DNA of 63,831 nt, filler included, from Octopus bimaculoides (GCF_001194135.2; 6 parts of 4 records of this genome joined end to end with filler, not necessarily neighbours in it); one strand, 5' to 3'; positions 25,400 to 38,436 are shown, numbered from the whole stretch's first letter. Made by a program: numbers and translations. Notes: generated by a model not told the origin, from the sequence alone.

Positions 25400-25605
25400 G
25401 AGGAAGGACTCCCATTATGACACTGCATTAGCCATGATGAGGAAGGGCTGTCATTATGATATAGTTTAGCTATGGTGAAGAAGCACTATTCCGAAACAAT
25501 CATAGCTCTGATGAAGGACTGACATTGTGATACTATCTCAGCAACGATGAATAAGAACTATTATCAAGATACAGTCTTAGCTCTGATGACGCTGACTATC
25601 AATCA
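25400..25605. repeat. Degenerate ~36-39-bp minisatellite (5-6 units)
   Basis: Units approximate TAGCTCTGATGAAGGACTGACATTATGATACAGTCT. Confidence 0.7.
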
Positions 25606-25683
25606 TTGTTCACAACCTCGTTCATACTACTCTTCTTTACTTCTGCATCCTCTATTTTCGCTCTTTCTTATTTCATTACTGCT

Positions 25684-25899
25684 CACAAGGGACTACACAC
25701 AGAGGGGACAAACAAGGACAGACAAACGGATTAAGTCGATTATATCGACCCCAGTGCGTAACTGGTACTTATTTAATCAACCCCGAAAGGATGAAAGGCA
25801 AAGTCGACCTCGGCGGAATTTGAAATCAGAACATAACGGCAGACGAAATACCACTAAGCATTTCGCCCGGCGTGCTAACGTTTCTGCCACCCCCGCCTT
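25684..25899 (-). mobile_element. SINE family C
   Basis: CpG-intact copy (GTCGACCTCGGCGGAATTTGAA). Confidence 0.85.
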
Positions 25900-26789
25900 A
25901 TTTTCGCTCTTTCTAATAAACGTTGATCGTTACTCCTTCAACATCACTCATATAACGTCATCTCTTTTAGCATTCTTTTGACTTCATTTTCGTCTCTGTA
26001 TTTTTACCCTTCTTTCACGCATACAACTACATAGAATGTCATAACATTCCACTTAGATATATCAGTTCTTATAAGTCTCATAATGCACTTTACATTGATA
26101 CCTCTAGTTTATATTCGTTAAATGTCGGGAACTTGAGATTTCAGAAAACCAAATTTTATTTTAAGTCGAAATTCTTCTTTTCTCTCCTCCATAAACACTA
26201 CCACAATTACAGTTATCACCACTACCACTATCACCACTAAGAACATCTCCAGTACCACCATCACTGTCACCGCAATTACTACTAACACTACCATAACTTT
26301 TCATCACTATTATCAGTACTAATGATGCCACTACAATTATTACCATCGTTATTAATACCGTTACTCCCACTAGCGCTATTACTACTACCAGTGTACCAAA
26401 TACTCTTACCGCCACCATCACCACAGCCATCGTCGTCTTCTATTCCGTATATTAGTCCTGTTCGCGTCGCCAATGTGATGAATGAGAAAGGGAGTAGAAG
26501 CAAGGGAGAGACCCATGAGTGCGACAGTCACAAGAGAGAGAGGGGGAGGATAGAGAGGGACAAAATACAGAGAGAGAAAGAGAGAGGGAGGAAGAGAGAG
26601 GGGAAAGGGTGAAAGGCACACACACAGACAACCGGATAGACAGGCAGAGGAGGAAAGGAGAGAGAGAGAAAGAGAGAGAGACAGAGACAGACAGACAGAG
26701 ACAAACAGACAGGCTGAGAGAGAAAGACAGAAAGAGGCAGAGAGAGAAAGAGAGAGACAAAGACAGAGAAAACAGATATTTTTCCAGTT

Positions 26790-27050
26790 CTATATTTAAG
26801 AGATGAGGAATTATATAGATTATTTACATTATTTACATTCGACGGATATTTGTCCTCATCTTGTTTGTTGTTAACATAACCTTTCGGCTGATATACCCTC
26901 CAGCCTTCTTCAGGTGTCTTGGGGAAATTTCGAACCTGGGTTCTCATTCCTAGGGTATTTTTCGATATTACTATTATTATTGTTATTGTTCAGGTCACTG
27001 CTTGGAATCGAACTCGGAATTTTGCAGTTAGTAGCTAGTTTTGCTGCCTT
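26790..27050 (-). mobile_element. Composite short element (family D): tRNA-like B box plus Penelope-type terminus with hammerhead-like motif
   Basis: Reverse complement shows GAGTTCGATTCC...GACAC CTGAAGA A GGCTG GAGGGTATAT CAGCC GAAA GGTT ATGTT. Confidence 0.6.
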
Positions 27051-27287
27051 GATATCTTTTATAGCATTGCCATGTATATAAATTGTCACACTGCATGGTG
27101 TTCTGAGAAGTTGTCTTCTAACAGAGCTGCGAGCCGACGAAAGCCTTATGAGTGGATTTAGTAGGCGGTATAATGTATGTATGTATGTATGTATGTATGT
27201 ATGCATGCCTGCATGTATGTATGTATGTATGTATGTATGTATGTATGTATGTATGTATGTATCTAAGTATGTATGTATGCATGTATG

Positions 27288-27452
27288 TAGGCGTAGGAGT
27301 GGCTGTGTGGTAAGTAGCTTGCTTACCAACCACATGGTTCCGTGTTCAGTCCCACTTCGTGGCACCTTGGGCAAGTGTCTTCTACTATAGCCTCAGCCGA
27401 CCAAAGCCTTGTGAGTGGATTTGGTAGACGGAAACTGAAAAGAAGCCCGTCG
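27288..27452 (+). mobile_element. SINE family B, 5' half
   Basis: TAGGCGTAGGAGTGGCTGTGTGGTAAGTAGCTTGC...GAAGCCCGTCGT. Confidence 0.9.
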
Positions 27453-27477
27453 TACAGATGTATATATATATATATAT

Positions 27478-27577
27478 NNNNNNNNNNNNNNNNNNNNNNN
27501 NNNNNNNNNNNNNNNNNNNNNTTAATTAATTAANNNNNNNNNNNNNNNNNNNNNNNNNNNNNNNNNNNNNNNNNNNN
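27478..27577. other. Assembly spacer: 44 N + TTAATTAATTAA + 44 N (also centred at 40690-40701, 50067-50078, 53611-53622, 60543-60554)
   Basis: Identical 12-mer with stops in all six frames embedded in N runs five times; this instance totals exactly 100 nt. Artificial join of unknown size. Confidence 0.95.
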
Positions 27578-27719
27578 CCCATTTTCACACTACATACGTC
27601 AAGATCGCCAGCATTCTATCTCCCACACACAGCCCCTCGTTCTTCGATCACCGTTTGTTATCTCCCCCTTTTCTTAGCTCTCCTGAAAAAAGAATTTCTA
27701 ACTTCCGGTCAGCCATTAA

Positions 27720-27925
27720 TAGCCATTATTATGATTGACCGTTGACTGAACACTATTCAATTTTTTTTCTCCGTGTTTTTCTCCTTGTCTCCGTATTCTT
27801 TCTGTTGAAGAGCGTAGCTCGAAACGTCAAAGACTTTCCGTATTCTCGAGCGTCATACTAATACATCCTTTTGTTATTTACACCACCTGTCCTCGTCTGT
27901 TGTTGTTTTTTCGTACATTCTCCCA
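27720..27925 (+). mobile_element. Family E element, second copy
   Basis: Inverted near-duplicate of 22279-22478; hammerhead-like motif at 27798-27832. Confidence 0.7.
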
Positions 27926-29784
27926 TATATATATATATTTGAGTGGGAGTCATCTTTAGCCCAACAACATATATGTGCGTGTGTATATAAATATATACAC
28001 ATGCACACACACATGTATATGATGGGCTTCCACACAATTTCCATTTACCAGATTCACTCATGAGTCATTGGTCGTCCTGAGATTATAGTAGAAGACACTT
28101 ATCCTAGGTGTGCTGCACAGGGGGATTGAACTCAAAACTACATGATTGCAAAGGAAGTTTCTTAATCACACAGCCATAGTCACAAAACCCTTTCTTTAAA
28201 AAGAAAATAGACAAATTAAACAATACTAGTTTATTACTAGTACTAATTTAACTAACCTTGAAAGAATAAAAGCACTAGTATAATTAGAACTCAGCATTTT
28301 AATACATTGAACTATCTATTTATAAAGCAACAAGTCCAGGAACACTTTGATATTCGTCCCAACTCACATACCCTTAACGCTATCAATGATTTCTAACAGA
28401 GGTAATTACAGCGCCTTGCACTTTATAAGAGGGAATGAGAGTGTCTGTAGTTCAGGCATTTCTCAAGAGCTCTATCAATATAATGATAATGCTATTTATT
28501 GGATTACTGTAATGTATTATAGTATTTTCTCTTATCTCCATTGAGAATAGAAACAGAAACTATAAAAAACTTATCCAGTTCCACTTTGCTATTTTTCTAT
28601 AACTGGCTGTTGTTTGGCCAAAGATGACTCCCACCCGAAACAATGCTGCTGCTGCAGATGCTGCTACTGCTGCTTGTTACAGCTTAATTTCTAAATTGAT
28701 ATGAACTTATATGGGTGGACAGATACGTGCCTAGAATTAGTGCCAGTTTTTACTGATGCTTGTGTTTGTAGTAGTCTGTTTCTACCAGAGTTTGCATTTT
28801 TTGTTCATGTTTACCTCAACTGAAAGTATAACTGCTTTTGTTTCTGTGGATATACCACAACCTTTCCTTTCATTGATGTTTATATTTATTAACGTATTTT
28901 TTTAACATCATACTTTATAGCTAAAGAGAAGAGTGATATCTTTTAGACTTTTGCAGACCTGCCACTCATTGTTGAGGATAGTTTAATTGATGATCAACAT
29001 GTTTTTAAAGAAAGCATAAATAGGGAGGTGGTTTCTGGAACAATACAGTTCTACAGAAATGGAATTGGAAAAGTGTTCAGAATAAGGTTGAGAGAGATGA
29101 AGCAGCAAAAGTAACAACATAAGAAATGCCAAATAAATTTTGTGTCTCGCAATTTGTTAGTTCAATGAAGCAGCAAGTGGTGTAGTTGTGGTAGAAGCAG
29201 GGCCTGTTTTGAGCCAATTAGATAGATTTGTTCGAATTGGGCCCTGGCCATAAGAGGGCCCTACAGACATGCTCGATCAGAGGACACAATGATGAAATTT
29301 TAATGTATCATTGTGGGTAACGGTGGGGACTCATGCCCTCGATACTTTTTGGCTGGGACTGATGTACTACATGAAGCATAAAACAGCAATCTTCAGCTTT
29401 TGTTGAGTAGAGGAACCCCACTGACAATTCTCTAATTAGGCCACTCACTTTCTGGTTCCATCCCTGCTTAGAAGCAAGAGGACATAGTGTATCAGTGAAT
29501 GATTGATGGTGAGTGATGCTTTGTCTCTCAGTCAAATGTAGATATCCTCTTGGTACCTCAAATACTGTCTACCTTAACTGTTGTCTACTTGTCCCTTTGA
29601 TGTCTACGCCAATTGTAATTCTACCAAGGTTGGAATCCAGTATTGAGATCTTGCACTATTTGCCTCCTGGATTTATTCCTACAGTTTCTTTCTTTATGAT
29701 CATTTCTCTACAAAACTTTGAAAGGGCAGCAAGTATTGGGTTGAGAGACTAGGTTTAAAGTATGGCATTGTTTTTAGATTTCAG

Positions 29785-29820
29785 CAGAACCATCAGAAAT
29801 TAGAAGGATAACTGCAATAG
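29785..29820 (+). CDS. Candidate orphan 36-nt exon of an unidentified plus-strand gene
   Basis: TTGTTTTTAGATTTCAG|CAGAACCATCAGAAATTAGAAGGATAACTGCAATAG|GTAAGT. Open frame (x)EPSEIRRITAI; alternative acceptors at 29778 and 29788. Supported by splice signals only. Confidence 0.35.
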
Positions 29821-30108
29821 GTAAGTTTGAACAGGTGCAGATTCATACCTGAATGCACTAAAAAGCACACACACACACACACTCACACACACATATATAT
29901 ATATATATATGCATATGTTGTTGAAACAGATATGTGTGGGGGGGTGTCGGAGAAATATATATATATATATAACACTGATACTTACATATTAAGAAGTCAG
30001 AGATACTCACAAAATATCATGTGATAAGCATGCACTATATATGAATGCATACTCATACGTAGGAACATGTATAATCTTCAATGGGCATATACATATATAA
30101 TGTATGTG

Positions 30109-30146
<38 letters not shown>

Positions 30147-30280
30147 AATACATATGTGCTTACACACACACAAACAATGCCTTAATCCCAAGTGTACATG
30201 TACATGTGTACACATTTATACATGAGTGTACAGACAGACTCATACCCACTCAAACTGATGCAGATATTCTTATAATTTCA

Positions 30281-30315
<35 letters not shown>

Positions 30316-30821
30316 CTATGTACATGTGTATATGTACACACATACATTACAAGATGACTATCTGGAAATTGTTTCTTATTCAACAGTTGTATTAATGTTG
30401 GCATTTTTATTGCCACTTTATCTCAGACCCTCCTATATACACTCACATTCCGTATACATAGATGTACACGTAATATATATAGTCCAAGTGATGACTGGAG
30501 ATAATCTGTAATACTACACACCCACCTTTACAAATGTTGTTTACTACAAAGCTACTACACACGACACTTCATATTACATAGCAACACAACACAGCTTATA
30601 TATGTAGTACTCCTAAAGTATATTAGAGACTCACATCCTACAACATGCAACAGCATCAAAACACAAAGTGAAGGTGCCTCTATTTGATCTATTGAAATAA
30701 CTGTTAATCAACATCAACTTCATCATTTAATGTCTGCTTTCCATTCTAACAGAGGTTGGACAGTTTGACAGGAATTAGTGAGCAAGAAGACTGCATGAAG
30801 CTCTACTGTCTGCTTTGGCAT

Positions 30822-31232
30822 GGTTTCTATATCGCATGGCTCTGGGTTCAGTCTCACAGCGTGGCACCTTGGGCAAGTGTCTTCTACTATAGTCTTGGGC
30901 CGACCAAAGCCTTGTGAGTGGATTTGGTAGATGGAAACTGAAAGAAGCCCATCGTGTGTGTGTGTGTATATTTATATATATGTATGTATGCATGTATATA
31001 TGCATGTATGTGTGTATTTCTGTGTCTGTGTTTGTCCACCCCACCATCACTCGACAACCGATGTTGGTTTGTTTACATACATGTAGCCATAAATTAGCAG
31101 TTCAGCAATAGTCATCAATAGAATAAGTACTAGGCTTACAAAGAATAAGTCCTGGAGTCGATTTGTTCAACTAAAGGCGGTGCTCCAGCATGGCCGCAAT
31201 CAAATGACTGAAACAAGTAAAAGAATAAAAGA
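30822..31232 (+). mobile_element. SINE family B, CpG-decayed
   Basis: Colinear with the family, with CpG to TpG/CpA changes (GTAGATGGAAAC, GCCCATCG). Confidence 0.85.
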
Positions 31233-31249
31233 ATTCCCTTCCTAGTGCT

Positions 31250-31600
31250 TATGTGAAAGCGCATGGCTCAGTGGTTAGATCATCGAGCTCTTAATCATGA
31301 GGTAGTGAGTTCAGTTCCTGGACCAAGCTGTGTGTTGTGTTCTTGAGCAAGACACTTTGTTTTACATTGCTCCAGTTCACTCAATTGTAGGAATGTGTTG
31401 TGATATCACTGGTGCCACATTGTATCAGCATTTGCCTTTCCCTTAGATAATATCTGTGGTGTGGAGAGGGGAGCCTGATATGTGTGGGCGATTGCTAGTC
31501 TTCTATAATAACCTTGTCCAGATTTATGCTTTGGAAGGGAACATTCTAGGTGCAATCCCATGGTCATTCATGACCAAAGGGGATCTTTTCTCATTTTTAC
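31250..31600 (+). mobile_element. Further tRNA-derived SINE (family G); inverted fragment at ~36520-36668
   Basis: GCGCATGGCTCAGTGGTTAGA...GAGTTCAGTTCC...TGTTCTTGAGCAAGACACTT head. Confidence 0.65.
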
Positions 31601-32944
31601 CCAAATGCGTACCACTTTACACAGTGTATTGAGTGCATTTTGATGTGACACCAGCACCTGTAAGATCACCAAGTACCTCATGAGACAAAATCCCTCAAAT
31701 GAGTTGGGTATAGTACTGAGGGAGATGGTTCTATGCTAGATGATGGGAGGATTAAGTATAATAGCAGAATGGTCTTGTTGGAGAGAAGGTACATGGCTAT
31801 TCCAGCCAGATAAAGAGAAGATGGTTGTAATGATGTGTCAAGGCAAACAGGAAGACAAATATAGATGAAGTGGGAGAAAGAATTGGATATGGTGAGTGAG
31901 TAGATAAGAAAGTCTGTGAGGGAGAGAAAGGAGATGGGAGATGGACAGATATGGGAATAGGAGAAAGCACTGAGAAGTGAACACAGATGGAGATATGGTC
32001 ATGAATATCAGCTCAAAAGGAAGGTAGAGAAATTAGAGTAGATCAGGGAGGTTATAGATTATAGCACAGATAATGTGAAGTGTGTGGTGTGGGGTGGGGT
32101 GAAAGAAAGACGTACAGTGCCAGGGATGAAGTCAGAGATACGTAAGGATGGAAATGTTAGTTCAATAACTTACTGTCTTAAAAACAAAATAAAGGGACAT
32201 GTTAGATAATGCAGTCTCCGAAATAAGATAACACAGGATGATCATGGCTAGAAAGTCTATGGCTATGAGTCTACCTGTTCAGAGTAAACTAGAAGAAAAT
32301 AACAACATGAACTACACCAATAAATATAGAAGCTATAATGACATTTACAGAGATATTGCTCAAAATTTCTGCTTTTAGTGTTGTCTACTCATTAAAAAGA
32401 TGCGATGTTAAATTTTATTCATACATTCATTTGAATTTTCTCACTTTAATGTTACACAAAAAATGATGACTGGAAAGGAGAAAAACTTCAAACAAAAATG
32501 TGAAAAAATTGCAATCATTTTTTTTCAAAACTATGTTGTACAGATTTGCTTCCTATTTATCTATCTGTTTGTTCGTCTAGCCATTCATCCATACATATGC
32601 GCATGCAATCATACACTCACTCACACACACACACACACTATAAATTCTTCTATTTTTAATACTAAATCATACAGACTTGTTTTTTTTTACATATTATAAT
32701 GTTGTTATAAATAATGTAACCTTACTCTCTCTATCACTTTGCTCTCTTGTATTTTGCTTTTTGACATACAACTTCTCATTCCTAATCTGAATTTTCCATG
32801 TCCTGTCTAATTTCAGTTCATCTTGCAATCACCCTTATTTTTCTATCTCTCATTTGTTCTTGTACTCAGTATAAGATTTGATGAGACATCAAATCTTATA
32901 TTCCTTCCTTTTGCAGTGTTGTATTGTTGTTTGTTTTGTCAAAC

Positions 32945-33012
32945 GATAGTGGGGGGGGGAGGGACAAACACAGACACACAAATACATACACGCATATATA
33001 TGTATGTGCATG

Positions 33013-33080
<68 letters not shown>

Positions 33081-33082
33081 TG

Positions 33083-33118
<36 letters not shown>

Positions 33119-33282
33119 TGACAGGCGTCTTTCGGTTTACGTCTACCAAATCCACTTACAAGGCTTTGGTTGGCCCGACGCTATAGTGGAAGACACTTGC
33201 CCAGGATGCCACACAGTGGGACTGAACCCAGAACCATGTGGCTGGTAAGCAAGCTACTTACCACACAGCCACTCCTGCATCT
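32945..33282 (-). mobile_element. SINE family B
   Basis: Head at 33282-33125, internal (TA)/(GATA) microsatellite. Confidence 0.8.
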
Positions 33283-33439
33283 ACAAGCCACTCCTTGAAC
33301 TATACCTCTCATAAGACCAGTTCCCATAGTGTATAAGTTGCCTAGATCACAATGTACATCGGAACAGGACACTTGCCTGTTGCAGAGTTCAAGGCCAGCA
33401 GTTTTGTGAGGAGGAGTACAAGTCATATACAGTGACCCC

Positions 33440-34715
33440 AGTACTTGACTGGTACTTTATTTTATCAACCCTGAAGGGATGACAAGGCAAGGTTGACCTA
33501 CATGCCATTTGAACTCAGAATGTAAAGAGCCAGAAGAAATATTGCTAAGCATTTTGTCTGACATGCTAATGATTCTGCCGGCTCACTATCTTAACCCTCT
33601 GAATACCAGGCTTAAAATAAATACAGGGGAAAATTTAAGTGACTCCTTAAGGTAGTGTCCCAACTTGGCCACAATCCAATGACTGAAACAAACAAAAAAA
33701 ATAACTAAAAGAATATCTGTCTTAGATAACCATTTCTACTATAGGCACAAGACCTGAAATTTTGGAGGAGAGGAATGAACAATTACATTGACCCCATGCT
33801 CAAGTGGTATTTATTCCATTGACCCTGAAAGGATGAAAAGCAAAGTCAACCTCAGTGGAATTTGAACTCAGAACATAAAGATGAACAAAATGCTACTAAG
33901 CAGTCTAACCAGCATGCTAATGATTCTACCAGCTCACCACCTTATATGTATTTGTGGAGATGAGGTGAACCGGAAGGAAAGGGTCAGTGACATGAATGGT
34001 TGTTGTCACCCTACCGCAAGAGGAAGAGTGAGTGAGGACATGGGTGGAAGTAGGACCAGCATGGTTCTTTTTGGCATCGGGCAACCGGAGTGGATGGACA
34101 CATATAGACATGCAAGCTAGAAAGGGAATTAGTGGTCAGTTCTAGTGTCAGGCCAGGTGGGTAGGGTACATCTTGGATTTAACCTATCTGGAGAGTCAAC
34201 ACTGAGAGGTAGATGAATAGCACTTTGTTCCTTGTATTATAGTTCCCCATACTACAGTATCTTAGATAATCCTTTCTATTATAAGCACAAGGCCTGAAAT
34301 TTTGGGGAAGGGTGCAGTCAATTATATCAACCCCGGTATTCAACTGATACTTATTTCATAAATCCTGAAAGGATGGAAAGCAAAGTTAACCTTGCTGGAA
34401 TCTGAAATCAGAACATATCAACAGGAAAAATACCGCTAAGCATTTCATCCAACATGCTAGTGATTCTGCCAGTTTGCCACTTTTATGAGCATCTTAGATA
34501 ATGGTTTCAAATTTTGGTTCAAGACCAGCAAGTTAATGGGTGAGGGATAGTTAATACCATTGACTCCAATATTCAAATGGTACTAATTTTATCAAGCCTC
34601 AAAGGACAAGAGGCAAAGTCAACCTCGGTGGAATTTGAACTCAGAACGTAAAGATGGATGAAATACCTCTAAGCATTTTGTCCGGCATGCTAACAATTCT
34701 GCCAGTTCATCACTT
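33440..34715 (-). mobile_element. Cluster of four co-oriented CpG-decayed SINE family C copies (~33440-33592, 33730-33942, 34270-34482, 34500-34715)
   Basis: Each shows AAAGTCAACCTCAGTGGAATTTGAACTCAGAAC-type decay of the consensus AAAGTCGACCTCGGCGG. Confidence 0.85.
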
Positions 34716-35770
34716 TTATATGTATCTTGGATAATGGCAGCAATTTTATTTTGACACAAAGGATTCTCACATTAAGTGGTCTGGTCATCAACTGTGATTT
34801 CTATGGACCACACTAAGGTTCATTAAAGTGTTTCTTTTCCCCCCTCTTTTCACCTATGTCTCCCACCCTCCACTTAATATCTGTCTGTTTAACTTAATAA
34901 TTCCATTTAGTTAATATCACTTTTCCCAACCCTACTTGTCAACCTCACTTTCTGAAATATCTTTGTCTAAATCATTTTCATATTATATTATATCATATCT
35001 ATGTATCTATCTATGTCTACATCTAAATACATAGACACACAAACACACACACACACATATATGCATGCATGTATGCATATATATATATATATATANNNNN
35101 NNNNNNNNNNNNNNNNNNNNNNNNNNNNNNNNNNNNNNNNNNNNNNNNNNNNNNNNNNNNNNNNNNNNNNNNNNNNNNNNNNNNNNNNNNNNNNNNNNNN
35201 NNNNNNNNNNNNNNNNNNNNNNNNNNNNNNNNNNNNNNNNNNNNNNNNNNNNNNNNNNNNNNNNNNNNNNNNNNNNNNNNNNNNNNNNNNNNNNNNNNNN
35301 NNNNNNNNNNNNNNNNNNNNNNNNNNNNNNNNNNNNNNNNNNNNNNNNNNNNNNNNNNNNNNNNNNNNNNNNNNNNNNNNNNNNNNNNNNNNNNNNNNNN
35401 NNNNNNNNNNNNNNNNNNNNNNNNNNNNNNNNNNNNNNNNNNNNNNNNNNNNNNNNNNNNNNNNNNNNNNNATGGATATGTATATATATATATGTATGTA
35501 TATATGTGTATATATATATGTATATATAAGTATATTTATGTATATGTATGTATGTATATAAATATATATATGTATGTATATATGTATGTACATGTATGTA
35601 TATATGTATATATATGTATATCTATCTATATATGTGTGTGTGTGTATGTATATAAATATATATATGTATGTATGTATATATGTATGTACATGTATGTAAA
35701 TACATATATGTATATATGTATATCTATCTATATATGTGTGTGTGTATGTATATGTATTTATATGTGTGTA

Positions 35771-35803
<33 letters not shown>

Positions 35804-36226
35804 TCATGTATAAATATATATATATATATATTCATGTATGCATGTATGTATATGTATATGTATGACAATGTTTCCTCTGATTATGGAAATCAGGGCTGAG
35901 TCCTTCACAAGTAGTCTACCAGTTCCACTGGAGTCGGATTGCCTAAAAGAGATTATAGCTATGGAGCCAATTTTTCCTTCGTTTTTACCACACCCAAGTC
36001 CCTTATTATCATGGTATTGTGGTTGGTTTCCTGCCCTACATATTTAATATATTTATCCTCTAAATTGATAACTCTATCCTGTCTCAAATATGTGAGCTCC
36101 ATTACCAACACCACCACCACCACCACCATCTTCTCGGTTAGTACTCTATCAATTTCCTTGAGGAGAAAGGCTGAGCAGTTATTTATGTCTATATATATTA
36201 ACATAGATTCTGTCAGGACTCTAGCT

Positions 36227-36420
36227 CAGGGGTTCTCAACCATTTTTTACCTATGAACCCCTTTTGGTTACTATTTTGTTCTGGTGGACCCCCCCATAAT
36301 CATTCAATGTTAACAAACTAGTTTTATAGAAACTTCTTTCAAAATTTCTGTTTTGCTTTTCACACATTAACTTTTGTAGGTTGAACTATGTAAAACTGGA
36401 GAAAGAAATCTAGCTGTTTC
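36227..36420 (+). mobile_element. Probable hAT-type MITE left end
   Basis: Begins CAGGGGTTCTCAAC; no matching right TIR seen. Confidence 0.4.
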
Positions 36421-37143
36421 TTGCAATACATACCAATACATACATCTATTGGCCCTTAAAATACCAGTTTCACGGCATATATATTTTCCGCTTGGACGGG
36501 ACGCTGGTCCGTCACAGGATTATTCATTTTTACCAACTGAATGAACTGGAAGAAAGTGAAATGAAGTGTTTTGCTCAAGAACACAATGTGTTGCCCGGTC
36601 CAGGAATCGAAACCACAATCTTATGATCACGAATCCAACACCCTAACCATTAAGCCATGTGCCTCCATGCCAAACACCATAGGCTCAGGAACAAGGGATA
36701 AAGGAGATGCACTTACACCCACTAAAATTTTGGTGGGGCGAGCAATAGAAATGCTTTTGAACATCATGTGATGGATCTGGTTTTGAACCTCTTAAGCATA
36801 TTTTATTCCTGTACATACAACAGACACATGATATACACATAATATATATATATACAATAAACCTAATAGCACTGGTCAAGTCAAGGCGAAGGTAGACACT
36901 TCACCTTGCAATTAGATTGAGCTTAGAACCTCGTAGTTGTTAAGGGAACTCTTTAACTGAGCTGCCATTGCCTGCAGCCATTATCATAAATATCAAAATC
37001 CAGACATATATTTATCTTCAGAAAGATATTTATGCATTTATGCATTTATGCGTACATATGAAGCTATGTATATAGATAGACAGATATATAATTATATACT
37101 TATATACACATATCTATATACCATAATAACAATCTTGTGTTCA

Positions 37144-37186
<43 letters not shown>

Positions 37187-37262
37187 GCAACCATACATCT
37201 ATCACATTGAATACATACTTTGTGTCTGTGTGCATGTGAGTGTTTCATTTCTCTCTCCCTCT

Positions 37263-37342
<80 letters not shown>

Positions 37343-37472
37343 ATAAAGATAGATAGAAAGACAGATAGATAGATAGATAGATAGATATGCATACACATGC
37401 ATATATACATACTTACATACATGTGTATACATTTCCACACACACTTATACGAATATATAAACACATACAGAC

Positions 37473-37503
<31 letters not shown>

Positions 37504-38402
37504 CAGGTATCTGTGTATGTATGCTGGGTGTTTGTTTGAGAGTGTATGAATTAGGGTTTTTCTGCTTTTATCTCCTTCATTATTAACCATAAAGCTAAAT
37601 TTCAAGTCGATGTTATGAATTATTAAACTTGGCAAACAAAAAAAAAAAAAACAGATTGTCATTTTTATACCAGAGAAAAACATAATCTAATAAAAAAGAA
37701 AGTAACTTTTCAAACTAACTGCAATCTATACCTCGTCTCTCCTGACACCACACTGCATTAATAACGGGAAAAAACAAGCTTAATATGATAATGGAGGAGG
37801 TAAATATGGAGCCGGCAGCTTAAGAAATTACACCAAAGCCGAAACTTTGAAATGTCATTGTATGAATATGCAAAACTTCTCAATTGGAATGGGATTAAAT
37901 AGTCAGGTTGAATTCTAGCTTTTAATAGTTAGGCTGAATTCTGTCTGGAACGGTAGAGTTATGTTGAATTTTAAGACTGAATGAGTTAGGTTAACTCTTG
38001 GAGCTGAATCGTTAGATTGGATTTTAAAACGCAATAATCATGTTGGATTTGGGGATTGAATAAGTTATGTTGAATTCTAGAGGAATTTTAACTTGTATTC
38101 ACAGATGCAAGGATGGCTATGGGGCTCAGAATATCACTTCGTAACGACAGAGGAAGAATTATTTTCTAGGCACTAAAATGAAGCACATTTTGTATCTCTT
38201 AGTGTTACTATGAAGTACTCTGACACCATTCTTAGAAAGAGATTAGCTGTGCAGTAGGAAGTTGACTCATCGTCATTACCATCATCATAATTATCATCCT
38301 CATGAAAATCACGGTTACATATGCACATTCAAATACATGGTTACTTTGCACACTCATACAAACATGGGAACCCATGCACATAAATATGCATGTATATATA
38401 TG

Positions 38403-38436
<34 letters not shown>

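Noticed and set aside
27522-27533. Recurrent TTAATTAATTAA palindrome
   Set aside because: Always embedded in N runs; an assembly linker, not a biological motif.
28636-28690. Cys-string frame KQCCCCRCCYCC or signal-peptide-like MLLLQMLLLLL
   Set aside because: By-product of a short (TGC)n repeat; frames close quickly and no splice support was seen.
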